Notes: generated by a model not told the origin, from the sequence alone. A stretch of 64,000 nucleotides of DNA from Oligoflexales bacterium (GCA_965215515.1 OZ244057.1:1888001-1952000); one strand, 5' to 3'; shown: positions 10,602 through 21,847, counted from the stretch's first letter. Numbers and translations: made by a program.

Positions 10602-11522
10602 GTGAACTATCTTACGTTAGGCAAACCGATCAGCCGTGCCGACTGTGGCAAGCGGCTCGACGTGTACCTGGCACAAAAATTTCGTTTTCTCAATCGCTCG
10701 CAGTGGCAGCAGCGTATCGCCGCGGCAAGCTTGCTGGTCAACGCTCGTCGCCCGAAAGCTTCGTACCGTCTACAGCTCGACGACTGCCTCACCTTCAGCT
10801 ACCCCACAACACCACCGCTTCCTACCTTGCCCATCATCTATCAGGATAGATACCTCGCCGCCGTGCACAAACCCAGCGGCATCCCCTGTCAACCCAACGG
10901 TCGCGCCCGTCTACACAACCTGAAACGTGCCGTGCAGCGACAACTAGGTAACCACTTCAGCCCTGTGCACCGCCTCGACCTTGAAACCAGCGGCATCGTT
11001 ATCTGTAGTGCCACGCGTTCCGTCAGTACCGCATTGTTGCACATGTTTCGCCAACATGCTATCGCCAAACATTACCTCGCGATCGTCTCGCCACCGCCTA
11101 CGTGGCAACGACACGAAATCCACCTCCCCATCGGTAAACCGAGCAGCAGTGCCATTCGCATCAAAAAATGGGTCGATGCTCAAGGCAAGCCCGCCCTTAC
11201 CCGCGGCCTCGTGCTGGCACGCAAAAACGACATGGCCTTGCTACAGATCGAACCTATTACAGGCCGTACCAATCAAATCCGCGTGCATCTCGCCTCCTGC
11301 GGCCATCCCATCCTCGGCGATAAACTATACCATCCCGATGAACGGGTGTTCCTAGATTTTTTTGCCCACGGCCTAACCCCCTTCGTGCTCGCCGCGGTAC
11401 GCTGCCCACGCCTCTGCTTGCATAACAACAGACTGCGCTTCGTGCACCCTCGCACGAGACAACTGCTGGACTTACACTGCCCCCTGCCCCCAGAATTGCA
11501 AGCGTTCTGGGAAAATAACTAA
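10602..11522 (+). CDS. RluA/RluD-family pseudouridine synthase
   Basis: S4-like RLDVYL, HKPSG, HRLDLETSG, TGRTNQIRVH, GDKLY. Start uncertain. Confidence 0.93.
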   Translation: MNYLTLGKPISRADCGKRLDVYLAQKFRFLNRSQWQQRIAAASLLVNARRPKASYRLQLDDCLTFSYPTTPPLPTLPIIYQDRYLAAVHKPSGIPCQPNGRARLHNLKRAVQRQLGNHFSPVHRLDLETSGIVICSATRSVSTALLHMFRQHAIAKHYLAIVSPPPTWQRHEIHLPIGKPSSSAIRIKKWVDAQGKPALTRGLVLARKNDMALLQIEPITGRTNQIRVHLASCGHPILGDKLYHPDERVFLDFFAHGLTPFVLAAVRCPRLCLHNNRLRFVHPRTRQLLDLHCPLPPELQAFWENN

Positions 11523-11651
11523 CTGCTAACCTCAGGTTTCAGTTGCAAAAAGACTCCGCCCCCTGGTTGTCCACGGGGTTATTTGCTAATTTTTTACGAA
11601 GATATACGCTATGGTCCTTCACGAGGCAGAACTATGTGACTGAGGCAGGTC

Positions 11652-12947
11652 TTGGCAACCTTTACCCATGAACACCATGTTCATCTCTACGGCTGTTTGA
11701 CCGCGGAGGATGTCTTTGCCCTCGGTCGCCCACGCTGGCAGGCGCGTGAGCGAGCTTTGCAGCGTTATGCGCAACGTCACGCGCACGTTTGTGGGGCAGT
11801 GCCACCCTATCGTGCCTTTTGGTCGTCTCGTGACGGTGTTGCCCAGTTGCGGCGATACTATGAAGTTGATCGGGCGCTGAGCTTTGCCCAATTTCAGGCT
11901 AAGTTTGATCTTTTGCCAGCGCTGTTTCCACTGCGACAAACGGAGCTGTATATCTGGCAACATGTGCTCGCCAAACATCGGCGAACTGGTTTGCGTTACG
12001 TCGAATACCGCTTTATCTTTCCATCGCAGCTGGCTGATCCGCACGCCTATTTGCAAGCTGTCAACGCATTGTTGGCGAAGTGCGTCGCAGAGAGTGGCGG
12101 CAGTTTTCAACCTCGCCTCGCCCTCAGCCTCGACCGTTCCCCCGCGCAAGCACGCGCACAGTATCTTGCCTTGCGTGCCATGCTCGACGCTGACCCGCGG
12201 GGTTTGCGGTATATCACCGCTATCGACTTGTGTGGTTGCGAAGAAGAATACCCGCCTGTGCTTTATCGCACGTTGTTTGCTGAAATTTTGCGTGACAACC
12301 GCCGCGGTGCGCAAAAATTGGCGATCTTGCTACATGTCGGCGAAACTTTTACTGCGTTCAGCTTGCCCAGTGCGGTGCGGAGAATTTTGCAAGCGCATGT
12401 ACTCGGTGTGCATCGTGTCGGACACGCTATCGCTCTCGGTCTTGACGGTGAAAATCTGCGCGGCACGCAGGTGCAGGAGACAAGGCAAGAACGTCTGGCC
12501 CACCTGCATTGGCTACTGCACGAGGAGGGGAGGGAACTGCAGGATTTCGGCTATCACATCGCAACCTCTGTACTCAGGCGAGAACGAGCGTGGCTGAGAG
12601 ATGGCAACACACCCCCGTGCTATCGTTACGATGATGAGATGTTGGATGAACTGCAAACGCTGCAGAACGCGGCAATGCGCTGGGCGCAAGCGCACCGCGT
12701 GTGCATCGAAGCCTGTCCTACTTCCAACTTGCATCTCGGCAAAGTGGGCTCACCGCTTTTCCATCCTCTGCGCGCCTTCAGTAGGCACGATCTGTGTGTG
12801 ACGTTGGCAAGCGATGATCCTGGTATTTTTAGGCGTGATCTGCAGCAAGAGGCACGCTTCTGCCAGGACGAGCTGTGTATCCCTGCTCACTTTATGCGTC
12901 GGATGCAAGCCAATCAGCTCCCCTTGTGCTCCGAGCAGCTGTGCTAG
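11652..12947 (+). CDS. Adenosine deaminase-family metallohydrolase
   Basis: HVHLYG, HVGE, RVGHA, EACPTSN, SDDP metal and catalytic motifs. Confidence 0.85.
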   Translation: MATFTHEHHVHLYGCLTAEDVFALGRPRWQARERALQRYAQRHAHVCGAVPPYRAFWSSRDGVAQLRRYYEVDRALSFAQFQAKFDLLPALFPLRQTELYIWQHVLAKHRRTGLRYVEYRFIFPSQLADPHAYLQAVNALLAKCVAESGGSFQPRLALSLDRSPAQARAQYLALRAMLDADPRGLRYITAIDLCGCEEEYPPVLYRTLFAEILRDNRRGAQKLAILLHVGETFTAFSLPSAVRRILQAHVLGVHRVGHAIALGLDGENLRGTQVQETRQERLAHLHWLLHEEGRELQDFGYHIATSVLRRERAWLRDGNTPPCYRYDDEMLDELQTLQNAAMRWAQAHRVCIEACPTSNLHLGKVGSPLFHPLRAFSRHDLCVTLASDDPGIFRRDLQQEARFCQDELCIPAHFMRRMQANQLPLCSEQLC

Positions 12948-13037
12948 AAGGTTACCACACTCCGCAATAGAGCGACGACGCGTTGCTGGATTAAGCTCGT
13001 CTGTGTTAGGGTGAAGCGGTCGGACGAGGTATAAGTA

Positions 13038-14192
13038 ATGCGCGGTACGGATTGCTACTTTATTTCGGCAGGCGAGTGTTCAGGGGACATGCTCGGTGCG
13101 GAGTTGATTGCCGCGTTGCAGACTTGCCAGCCTGGCCTGCAACCGTTCGGTCTCTGCGGCCCTGCCATGCAAAAGGCGGGGGGGGAAACACTGGTCGACT
13201 TTGGTGCTTTGGCGGTCATCGGAGTAGCCGAGTTGTGGACGAAGTTGCACCGCTTACGTCATCTAGAACGAAATGTTCTCGCCCAGATAACCCGCCGACA
13301 ACCCCGCTTTGCCGTGTTGATCGATTACCCAGGCCTCCACTTCCGTCTTGCGGAACTACTCAAACTACAGCACGTGCCCGTTTTTCAGTATGTAGCCCCT
13401 AAAACCTGGGCTTGGGGAGAACAACGCACCGCAGCACTGGCACGTGATTTCAAGGCCGTGCTCGGTATTTTGCCCTTCGAAGAAAAATTTTTTCAACGCC
13501 GTGCCGTCAACTATCACTACATCGGCACACCACTGCTCGACCGTATCGCAGCCGTGTGTGTGCCGCCCTCCCTACGAGAACTATGTGCAAGGCAACGGGT
13601 GCTCGCCTGTCTGCCAGGCAGCCGTGACGAAGAACTACGCTGCCACCTGCCTCTCATCATGGAGGTTATCACGCGACTGCCAACTTGTTTGCCGCTGATT
13701 CCACTCGCACCAAGTTTAAGCGTGGCACAATGCTGTGCCTTGACAGGTCTAACCGCCGCACGCCTCGCAACGCCGATACCATGTTACCGCTTCGGGAACG
13801 CGATTTTGCTGGAAGGACACAGCCTGGCAACACTGCAACTCGCTTCCGTAGCACTGGTCGCGTCGGGCACGGCCACCCTCGAATGCGCGCTCTCAGACGT
13901 TCCCGCTGTGGTTTTCTACAAGACAAGCCCTCTTACCTACACCCTGGCCAAGGATAACCTCAACATCAACTTTATCAGCCTGATCAATCTCATGTGCGGT
14001 CGACAAGTCGTACGTGAATTCATTCAAGACTTCGCGGTCACCGAACTGATCGACACATTACAAGCATTGCTCGATGATGAAGACAAGGCCGCGGCGATGC
14101 GCTCCGCCTATAAAACACTCGCGGCACAGCTACACGGCAACGCCGCAACCCGTACCGCCCAATTTATTAGCAACTACCCCCACCGATGTTGA
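13038..14192 (+). CDS. lpxB: Lipid-A-disaccharide synthase
   Basis: AGECSGD, IDYPG, YVAPKTWAW, ILPFE, LPGSR, SGTATLE. Confidence 0.95.
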   Translation: MRGTDCYFISAGECSGDMLGAELIAALQTCQPGLQPFGLCGPAMQKAGGETLVDFGALAVIGVAELWTKLHRLRHLERNVLAQITRRQPRFAVLIDYPGLHFRLAELLKLQHVPVFQYVAPKTWAWGEQRTAALARDFKAVLGILPFEEKFFQRRAVNYHYIGTPLLDRIAAVCVPPSLRELCARQRVLACLPGSRDEELRCHLPLIMEVITRLPTCLPLIPLAPSLSVAQCCALTGLTAARLATPIPCYRFGNAILLEGHSLATLQLASVALVASGTATLECALSDVPAVVFYKTSPLTYTLAKDNLNINFISLINLMCGRQVVREFIQDFAVTELIDTLQALLDDEDKAAAMRSAYKTLAAQLHGNAATRTAQFISNYPHRC

Positions 14193-15934
14193 AAAAATTT
14201 TTTCTACCTCCACTGCTCGCCTGTAAAAAACAACTGTACTTGTTACTCTTCTCTTTGTTTATCATCACTCTGATGCAGGCGATGTTCTTGCTATTGACGG
14301 GGCCGATGCTGACCTTGCTGTTTTCCGCACCAGACACAACCATGCCTCTCGTCCACCTATCGCCGCTAGCGGCACGCTTGTTACCTGAATTAAACTTACC
14401 CCGTGCTTTTCTGCTGCTGTGGTTGCCTGTGTTGTTAGCCTTGACAGGCTTGGTGAAGAGTGCCAGCGCCTATCTGTTCCGCTACTGTCAAAATTACATC
14501 TCTCTGTGGATGGCTAAACATCTGCGCCAAAAACTGTGCGCGGCAATCGTTGCCCAACCCTACACAATTTTTACACGAAAACCTACGGCACACTGGATGT
14601 CGATCATTATGAACGACACTTATCTGCTGCAAACACGTTTTTCCGACATTATGACTTGTTTTATCCGCAACGCGGCGCAGATCTGCACTTGTGTTGTTGT
14701 GCTCGCTCTACTGCACTATCCCTCCGCGTTATCGCTGCTGGTGATCGCTGTTGTGCTCACTTTTATTTTACGTCATACCAGTCGGCGTATCGTTGCTTTT
14801 GCCGAAGAGTATCAGGCCAAGCTTGCCACCCTCAGCGCACAGGTGCTCGATTTGCGCAAACGTTTTGACTTCATTCGCACTCAGGGTGGCGCACAGTTAG
14901 AAATGCAAAAATTTGCCGACAGCAGCCATGCCTATTATCGTGCTGTGCGTCGCTCGATACTGATACGCACAGGTTTATCGCCGCTGTCGGAATTCGTCGG
15001 TGTCGCAGTCTTTGCTACCGTTGTACTGCTCATCAATCAAGGTCTGTGGCTGCTCGACAGTGCCCCTGTGACGATTGTGCAGTTTCTCGTCGCCCTAGGC
15101 ATGATCTTGAAACCATTGCGTAATCTTACCGAGCAGTTGTCTTCCTGGCAAGAAACGCGCGGCGCACTACAGGCGTGTTGCAGAATTCTCGCGACCCCAC
15201 CCCCAAAATTAGAAAAAATCAGCAATCTTAACAAGTTGTGTGATGATTTTATCATCGAACGTGTTGTCATCCCCTGCGATACTGACAACAAACTCGTCTT
15301 CAGCTCACTGCCGATCAAATTCGGCACCATCACCGCCTTGGTTGGCAGTAGCGGCGCGGGGAAATCTTCCCTCGCGAAAGTGCTGGCAGGTTTAATCACC
15401 CCTTCGCAGTGGCAATGCCCACACGACCTCAACACACTCAGTCAACATGTCTCCTATGCAGGGCAAAAACCGTTTTTATTTCACGATACACTGCAAAACA
15501 ACCTCTGCTACGGCCTTGAAGAAGATACTGAAACTCAGGCAAAGATCGCCCACTACCTGCAAGTTTTGCAGCTGGAAAAAGATTTGTGCAGTATCTTCAA
15601 TCCGCTAACGCCCGAGTTATCGGGAGGACAAACACAAAAACTCACTCTCGTCAGAGCCTTGCTCCGCCCCGCCCCTATCCTCGTGCTCGATGAAATTACG
15701 GCCGCGATCGACATGGCGATGGAACGCACTATCATCGACGAACTCCACACCCTCGCCCGTCGTGAGCACCGCTGGGTGCTGGTTATTACCCACCGCCAAC
15801 AACTGCTCCCCGCCTTCGATTGCGTCTGGCTGGCTCGACGCGACCGACCCCTGCTGCAAGGTAAGCACACAGAACTACTTGCACAACACCGCGTTTACCG
15901 TGATTTTGTGCACACCAGCGACACCGCCCGTTAA
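14186..15934 (+). CDS. MsbA-like ABC exporter (TMD+NBD)
   Basis: Six-TM N-terminal half, GSSGAGKS, LSGGQ, LVLDE, H-loop; coupled to lpxB. Confidence 0.85.
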   Translation: MLKKFFLPPLLACKKQLYLLLFSLFIITLMQAMFLLLTGPMLTLLFSAPDTTMPLVHLSPLAARLLPELNLPRAFLLLWLPVLLALTGLVKSASAYLFRYCQNYISLWMAKHLRQKLCAAIVAQPYTIFTRKPTAHWMSIIMNDTYLLQTRFSDIMTCFIRNAAQICTCVVVLALLHYPSALSLLVIAVVLTFILRHTSRRIVAFAEEYQAKLATLSAQVLDLRKRFDFIRTQGGAQLEMQKFADSSHAYYRAVRRSILIRTGLSPLSEFVGVAVFATVVLLINQGLWLLDSAPVTIVQFLVALGMILKPLRNLTEQLSSWQETRGALQACCRILATPPPKLEKISNLNKLCDDFIIERVVIPCDTDNKLVFSSLPIKFGTITALVGSSGAGKSSLAKVLAGLITPSQWQCPHDLNTLSQHVSYAGQKPFLFHDTLQNNLCYGLEEDTETQAKIAHYLQVLQLEKDLCSIFNPLTPELSGGQTQKLTLVRALLRPAPILVLDEITAAIDMAMERTIIDELHTLARREHRWVLVITHRQQLLPAFDCVWLARRDRPLLQGKHTELLAQHRVYRDFVHTSDTAR

Positions 15935-16001
15935 GGACTGTTGTCTGACGGTGTGCGGGTGGCAGCGACGATACGTTGCGTACTGGGAGCACAAAGCCAT
16001 T

Positions 16002-18230
16002 TCAAGCGGAGAGCAGCAGTTGCAAGAAAGCATGCACATCCCTTTGCTCTTGCAAACGCCAAGCGGCTTTCGTTTCTTCCGTGCCCACCTTGACCGTGAT
16101 ATCGCCAGGACGCAAAGCAATAAAAAGCTCCTCATCAGTTTGGTCGTCGCCAAGAGCAACGATAGGAACAGCAGAATCAGACAAACGGTTTTTGATGAAC
16201 CAACTGGCAAACGCGCCCTTACTGGCTTCAATCGCTTTAGCTTCCACTATTTTTTTGCCGTTGCCAACTATGGCAGGGAAATTAGCCAAACCAGACTCAA
16301 GCTCTTCGGTCAGTTTGCGAGCCTGGTAGCTAGCATAGAGATCAGGTGAATTGCGGTAATGCCAACACAACGAGTAAGCCTTTTTTTCGATAAAACTGCT
16401 AGGCACACGCTGCCGATAATACTCCATCATCTGCAAAGCGAGCGGAAACCAGCTATCCTGCGGTGAGGTAACCAACGAGTGCCAACGCTGCTGACGATGA
16501 TCGTAATACTCTGCTCCGTGCTCGGCTGCAAGCGTGAAAGGTTGCGCCCCGAACTGCTGCCACAAAAACTGCCGCTCACGTCCACTGACAATAACGACAG
16601 CATAGTTCTGCGCTTGGAGTGCAGCTAAGGTTTGCAGTGTCCCATCGCTGAGGGCCGCTTGCTCGGGACGTGCCTGAATAGGCACCAGCGTGCCGTCGAA
16701 ATCAACAAACAAAAAACTCCTGCCCATTTTCTTTATTTTCTTCAGCTTCTCCCACAGCGGATTGCTTTTACGCAATGGAAAACTGAGATTTTCAACTAAC
16801 TTCGCTCCCTGCCGCGCATTTCTCAGCAGATCACTCATAAATGAACTTGCCCACTCACTGCCTGTGTAGTTCATCAGATAATCAAGCATCTGCGCATTGC
16901 GTGCCGCGATGAGAGCAGGATCTTCCCGCAAAGCTTGATGCAGCTGCGTGGCTGACTTTTCTATGTTCCAGGGATTGAGAGCGATAGCATTAGGCATGAT
17001 CGACACCGCGCCCGCAAATTCACTGAGCAACACCTGCCCTGGATGGGTGGCAGTCTGGGCTGCCACATACTCAAGCGCAACGAGATTCATCCCATCCCGT
17101 TTACTGGTAATCAAAAGACAATCCGATAACTGACACAATGCCAACAACTCATGAAAATGCACCGAATTGTAAATGTAGTAGATGGGTACATAATCAGCCT
17201 TCCCCCAATAACCGTTGATATAGCCAACCCGCCCTTCGATATTTTCCTTCAGTTGCTGATAGGCAGGCACATCAATACGACTGGGGACGACCACTTGCAT
17301 CAGCGACGCTTTCCCACGATAATCAGGGTAGCGTTGTAAAAAAGTGTGGAAAATGTCAAGCTTAAGGTCAATACCCTTAATGTAATCGAGACGATCAACA
17401 CCGAGGATTATTTTCTTGGTGCGAAAACGATGACGATAACCTGCGCAAATTTCTTTCACACGCTTACTGCGTGCCGCTTTGTTGATCGTCAGCGTGGGGA
17501 TACTGACAGGATAAACACCGAGATTAACGCTGCGTCCCTTATGGTAGATACGATTGAAGCTCGTATTGATACCTAGCACATAGTGCACCGTTTGCGTAAA
17601 GTGCATCAGATAACTGTAATCATGAAAACCGAGCAAGTCATAAGCGAGTAAAGCATGCAAAATCGTGCTGCGAAAAGGCAGTTGCCGAAAAATTTCATAG
17701 CTCGGAAAAGGCACATGCAGAAAAAAACCTACGCCCTGTCGCTGGCGTTTAAGACGCAACTGCTTGGCAACTAGCATGAGATGAAAATCATGCACCCAGA
17801 CGAGATCATCACCAGTATTGGTTAGCTTGAGGAGAGTCGTAGCGACAAGACGATTGACCTCCTGGTACTTCTGCCAAGCCTCAAAATCCCAGCTGACGCT
17901 ATGGTTCTCATAGTGGAGCAAAGGCCACAACACGCCGTTACAGAACCTGTTGTAATACGGATCGTAAAGCTCAGGAGCGATGGTCAGAGGCACAACCTCA
18001 ATACGATCGCTGATCTTCAGCGATGCGGCAATCTCCGCGGCATCCCACGACTCGGTGGTCAACCCCAACCACAGCATAGGACGTTGGTAATCAACCCCCA
18101 GCAACGACGACACCAACCCCCCACTCGCGATGACAAACCTGCGCTTGCGCTTGTCATAACGCGCGGGCAGTCTATTGCTGACCACCACCCATCTTCTTCC
18201 CGTTCCCACCATCGCAGGGGAAGCTAGCAT
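16002..18230 (-). CDS. Fused trehalose-6-phosphate synthase/phosphatase (OtsA-OtsB)
   Basis: VVSNRLP, WVHDFHL, HVPFP, VDRLDYIKG, DGMNLVALE plus HAD motifs DFDGTL and GDDQTDE. Confidence 0.95.
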   Translation of the reverse strand: MLASPAMVGTGRRWVVVSNRLPARYDKRKRRFVIASGGLVSSLLGVDYQRPMLWLGLTTESWDAAEIAASLKISDRIEVVPLTIAPELYDPYYNRFCNGVLWPLLHYENHSVSWDFEAWQKYQEVNRLVATTLLKLTNTGDDLVWVHDFHLMLVAKQLRLKRQRQGVGFFLHVPFPSYEIFRQLPFRSTILHALLAYDLLGFHDYSYLMHFTQTVHYVLGINTSFNRIYHKGRSVNLGVYPVSIPTLTINKAARSKRVKEICAGYRHRFRTKKIILGVDRLDYIKGIDLKLDIFHTFLQRYPDYRGKASLMQVVVPSRIDVPAYQQLKENIEGRVGYINGYWGKADYVPIYYIYNSVHFHELLALCQLSDCLLITSKRDGMNLVALEYVAAQTATHPGQVLLSEFAGAVSIMPNAIALNPWNIEKSATQLHQALREDPALIAARNAQMLDYLMNYTGSEWASSFMSDLLRNARQGAKLVENLSFPLRKSNPLWEKLKKIKKMGRSFLFVDFDGTLVPIQARPEQAALSDGTLQTLAALQAQNYAVVIVSGRERQFLWQQFGAQPFTLAAEHGAEYYDHRQQRWHSLVTSPQDSWFPLALQMMEYYRQRVPSSFIEKKAYSLCWHYRNSPDLYASYQARKLTEELESGLANFPAIVGNGKKIVEAKAIEASKGAFASWFIKNRLSDSAVPIVALGDDQTDEELFIALRPGDITVKVGTEETKAAWRLQEQRDVHAFLQLLLSA

Positions 18231-18302
18231 GACTGCATACGAAGTGCAACTTCAGTGTTCTTTAGTCTTGTCAGGCCGTGTGTCCGAACTTGCCACTCCC
18301 CC

Positions 18303-20036
18303 TCAATCGTGCGGCCCCCGCACTCCCGCGGGTCTCACCAAGGCCTTGTCCGCGCGCATGGCTGCCTTCAATGCCTTATCCTTCACCGCATCGTACCAGG
18401 CGTACTGCCACACGCTGTCAAAGTCACCCTGGGCAGGTGCACCTTGGGGCAGCAACCTGAACTTGTTCCAGTAACCGATCTGCATAAAACTTTTGCTCCA
18501 GTGCAGAATAAACGGATGGTTGTTGAACAGAATTTCATCCATAAGATGGAAGAGTTGCTGGCGCTGGTGACGGTCGAACAGGGTGCCGCTCTTGACCAGC
18601 AGACGGTCTAACTCCTGTGTCGTGAAGCCCGACAGGTTACTGCTGTGTTTCTGCTGCAAAAACTGCGAGTGCCACATGCTGTACGGGTCGGGGTTAAGCG
18701 ACCCACCCCAGCCGATAAACATCAACACGAACTCTTTGTTCTGTAGTTTCTTCATCAAAGTCGGCCAGGTCACCAGCTCCAACTTGAGATCGATACCGAC
18801 CTTACGCAAATCTTCTTTCCAAATCGTCAGGTAACGTTCCTGTTGCCTGCTAGCATAAAGGTAATCGACCACCAGTGGCTGGCCGTTCTTGACCGCTAAA
18901 CCCGCGTCGTTGACCTCGGTATAACCCGCTTCCCGCAACAGTTGTCGCGCTTTTTGGAGATCGAACTGAACGATTTTGTTCTTGGGGCTGGAAAAAATAG
19001 AACCAGGCCAATAACTTTGTAGCGGTGCGTAAATCCCGTAATATAGCTTGGTGATATAGCGGGTGCGGTCATACGTGTGTGCCAATGCTTTGCGTACCCG
19101 CACATCATCGAACGGTTTCACCCGTGTGTTGATGGCAATGCCTCGAAACTTGCGGGGGTACTGGTTGTCCACACGTCGTGCGACGAGCCAGTTGTGGCGA
19201 AATTTTGCCGAGCCTGTATCTACTTGCCAACGCTTGGCATCGGAAAAAACGAACATATCGATCTTGCCCTTTTTGAATAACTCGAAGCGAATAGTAGCAT
19301 CCGTAACGGTGCGTAGCACCAGCCTGTCGAAGTTGTAGCGCCCGATGTTCTGCGGTAGATGCGCCCCCCAGTAGCGCTTGTTACGCACCAGCGTAATCGT
19401 CTTGCCCTTTTTGACTTTCTCGATAAGGTACGGGCCTGAACCAAAAAGTGCGCTGCTGAAAGACTTGTTAAAGTCCTTGCCCGCAGCCAGATAGTACGCG
19501 CGGCTGGTGACAGCAAAATAATCGCACAATACCCCGAGATTGCTGAAACGTGCTACCTGGACGTAAAACTTGACCGTGTGTGTGTCGATTACCTCCAGCT
19601 TGGTGAATTTACTCAGCTCGGCACGCACCCCGCCGATGATATTGTTGGGGTTGTGCAAGATCTCCCAAAAAGCCTGCACATCCCTGCTGGTTACGGGCGT
19701 GCCGTCGGAAAATTTCGCTTTCTTGTCGAGATGAAACGTAAACACCTTGCCGTCAGGTGAAATACTCCAGCGCGCCGCGAGCAATGGCACGTATTCACCG
19801 CTCTGGGGATTGAGGGTGCAGAGGTTTTCCACCACCAACTTATACACCGTCTGTGCGGCAAGATCGCCTGACACGGGAAAATTCAGCGATTTTGGGTAAC
19901 TGTTACGTCCGATGACCAACGTGCCGCCCCGTATGGCGGCAGCGTCGCCGACACGCGGATTCCTGTCGCTCGTGTTATCGGTCACTGCCGCTGTGCACCA
20001 CAGGGTGACGTTGAGTAGCAGCAAGAATTTACGCAC
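18303..20036 (-). CDS. Peptide/nickel ABC transporter substrate-binding protein (family 5, YejA-like)
   Basis: Signal peptide, AKFSDGTPVT, GSGPY, PFDDVRVRKAL. Confidence 0.92.
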   Translation of the reverse strand: MRKFLLLLNVTLWCTAAVTDNTSDRNPRVGDAAAIRGGTLVIGRNSYPKSLNFPVSGDLAAQTVYKLVVENLCTLNPQSGEYVPLLAARWSISPDGKVFTFHLDKKAKFSDGTPVTSRDVQAFWEILHNPNNIIGGVRAELSKFTKLEVIDTHTVKFYVQVARFSNLGVLCDYFAVTSRAYYLAAGKDFNKSFSSALFGSGPYLIEKVKKGKTITLVRNKRYWGAHLPQNIGRYNFDRLVLRTVTDATIRFELFKKGKIDMFVFSDAKRWQVDTGSAKFRHNWLVARRVDNQYPRKFRGIAINTRVKPFDDVRVRKALAHTYDRTRYITKLYYGIYAPLQSYWPGSIFSSPKNKIVQFDLQKARQLLREAGYTEVNDAGLAVKNGQPLVVDYLYASRQQERYLTIWKEDLRKVGIDLKLELVTWPTLMKKLQNKEFVLMFIGWGGSLNPDPYSMWHSQFLQQKHSSNLSGFTTQELDRLLVKSGTLFDRHQRQQLFHLMDEILFNNHPFILHWSKSFMQIGYWNKFRLLPQGAPAQGDFDSVWQYAWYDAVKDKALKAAMRADKALVRPAGVRGPHD

Positions 20037-20045
20037 ACCTGCTCC

Positions 20046-21767
20046 TCAACCGTGGGGGCCTTTGATGCCCGCCAGCGCGGGCATTGCCTGGTTAGCTTGT
20101 CGCGCGGCTTGCAGTTTCTTGTCCTTCGCCGCGTCGTACCAGGCGTATTGCCATACCGCGTAGCTGTCTCCGTAACGAGGGACGAAGTTAGGGATAAAGC
20201 TGAATTTATTCCAGTATCCGATGCGCAGGTAGCTCAAACTCCAGCCCAGAATATAAGGGTGGGCATTGAACAAAATACTGTCCATCTCGTGAAAGAGCAG
20301 GGCACGTTTGTGGCGATCAAAGATCGGGCCTATCTCAGCGATTAGTGCATCCAAGCGCGGCGTGGTGAAACCAGCCAAGTTGTTACCCGCGGGCTGATCC
20401 TTGAACTTCGAGTGCCACATTTCGAACGGGTCGGGGTTGAGACTAGCACTCCAAGCGACTCCCGCCAGACTGAACTCGTATTTATCCCACTTTTTGACCA
20501 ACGTCGGCCAGGTGATCTGTTTGAGTTGTAGGTCAATGCCGACCTTGCGCAGATCTTCCTTCCAAATGGTCAAGTATCGCTCAGCGGATTTGGAGACGTA
20601 GAAATAATCGACCTTGAATGGCTTGCCATCCTTCCCTATCAATACCCCCTCGGAATTGGTCTTGGTGTAGCCTGCTGTCTGCAACAACAAGCGCGCCTTT
20701 TTCAAATCAAAATCGATCGGCACATTGTTGGTATTGGCGAAGATAGAGGCAGGCCAGTAGCTGGACAGGCGATCGTAGCTGTCGTAGAACAAGTCCTTGA
20801 TGAATTTTTCTCGATGGTAGGTGTGTGCCAATGCCTTGCGTACTCGCACATCGTCGAATGGTTTACGCCGCGTGTTGATAATAACTCCTGAAAAGCCCTG
20901 TGGATCTTTGGTATCGGCACGCCGTGCGATGATCCAGTTCTTTTTAAATTTTTCTGACCCCGTCTCTGTCTTCCAACGTTTCGCGACGTTGAAGCTCAGC
21001 ATGTCTATTTCGCCTTTCTTGAACAGCTCAAACCGCACGGTGGTATCTTCCACGGCGCGGTAGACGAAGGTGTCGAAGTTGTAGCGTCCGATGTTCTGCG
21101 GCAGGTGTGCTCCCCAGTAGTTCTTGTTACGTTGTAGCTCTACTCGCTTCCCTTTTTTGACCTGGTGCAAAACGTAGGGGCCTGAGCCGAATAGCTTGCT
21201 GTTGAAGGATTTGTTGAAGTTCTTGCCCAACCAAAACTTGTGGCTGGTGACCATGAACGAGCCGCAAATGGTATCGAGATTGCTGAAATGGGGTGACTTG
21301 GCGTAGATTTTCACCGTGTGTGCGTCGATGATTGCCATTTTCTCAAACTTATCGAATGAGGCGCGCAGTGCCCCGATGATGTTGTCGGGATTACGCACGA
21401 TGTCCCAGAATGCCTGTACGTCCTTGCTGGTTACGGGCGTGCCATCGGAAAACTTCGCTCTCTTGTTGAGGTGGAAGGTGAAGATCTTCTTGTCGTCGGA
21501 AATCTCCCAACGTTCAGCCACCAGCGGCACGTATTCACCGCTGGCGTAGCTCACTTCGCACAGGGTTTCCACCACCAGGCCGTAAATCATCGCCGATGCC
21601 GCATCACCAGAGACAGGGTAGTTGAGTGATTTGGGGTACGATAACGCCCCCCATACGAACTTGCCGCCCTTGATGGCCGTCGCACTGCCGATGATGGGGT
21701 TATTATTTTCCGCAGCCAGTACATACCCTGCGCACAAGCCAGCAAATAACAGCAAAGCCGCCTTCAT
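20046..21767 (-). CDS. Peptide/nickel ABC transporter substrate-binding protein (paralog)
   Basis: Same motifs as the neighbour; tandem paralog. Confidence 0.92.
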   Translation of the reverse strand: MKAALLLFAGLCAGYVLAAENNNPIIGSATAIKGGKFVWGALSYPKSLNYPVSGDAASAMIYGLVVETLCEVSYASGEYVPLVAERWEISDDKKIFTFHLNKRAKFSDGTPVTSKDVQAFWDIVRNPDNIIGALRASFDKFEKMAIIDAHTVKIYAKSPHFSNLDTICGSFMVTSHKFWLGKNFNKSFNSKLFGSGPYVLHQVKKGKRVELQRNKNYWGAHLPQNIGRYNFDTFVYRAVEDTTVRFELFKKGEIDMLSFNVAKRWKTETGSEKFKKNWIIARRADTKDPQGFSGVIINTRRKPFDDVRVRKALAHTYHREKFIKDLFYDSYDRLSSYWPASIFANTNNVPIDFDLKKARLLLQTAGYTKTNSEGVLIGKDGKPFKVDYFYVSKSAERYLTIWKEDLRKVGIDLQLKQITWPTLVKKWDKYEFSLAGVAWSASLNPDPFEMWHSKFKDQPAGNNLAGFTTPRLDALIAEIGPIFDRHKRALLFHEMDSILFNAHPYILGWSLSYLRIGYWNKFSFIPNFVPRYGDSYAVWQYAWYDAAKDKKLQAARQANQAMPALAGIKGPHG

Positions 21768-21847
21768 AGCACACCTCTCTAAAAATCCACGAAGTCCTGA
21801 AGGCTTATTCTAGCACAAAGGTGACCTGTGCGTAAGGATTTTTTCGG

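Noticed and set aside
11543..11590. Rho-independent terminator after the pseudouridine synthase gene
   Set aside because: The hairpin (CCCC-TGG..CCA-CGGGG) is imperfect and lacks a clean U-tract; not supportable.
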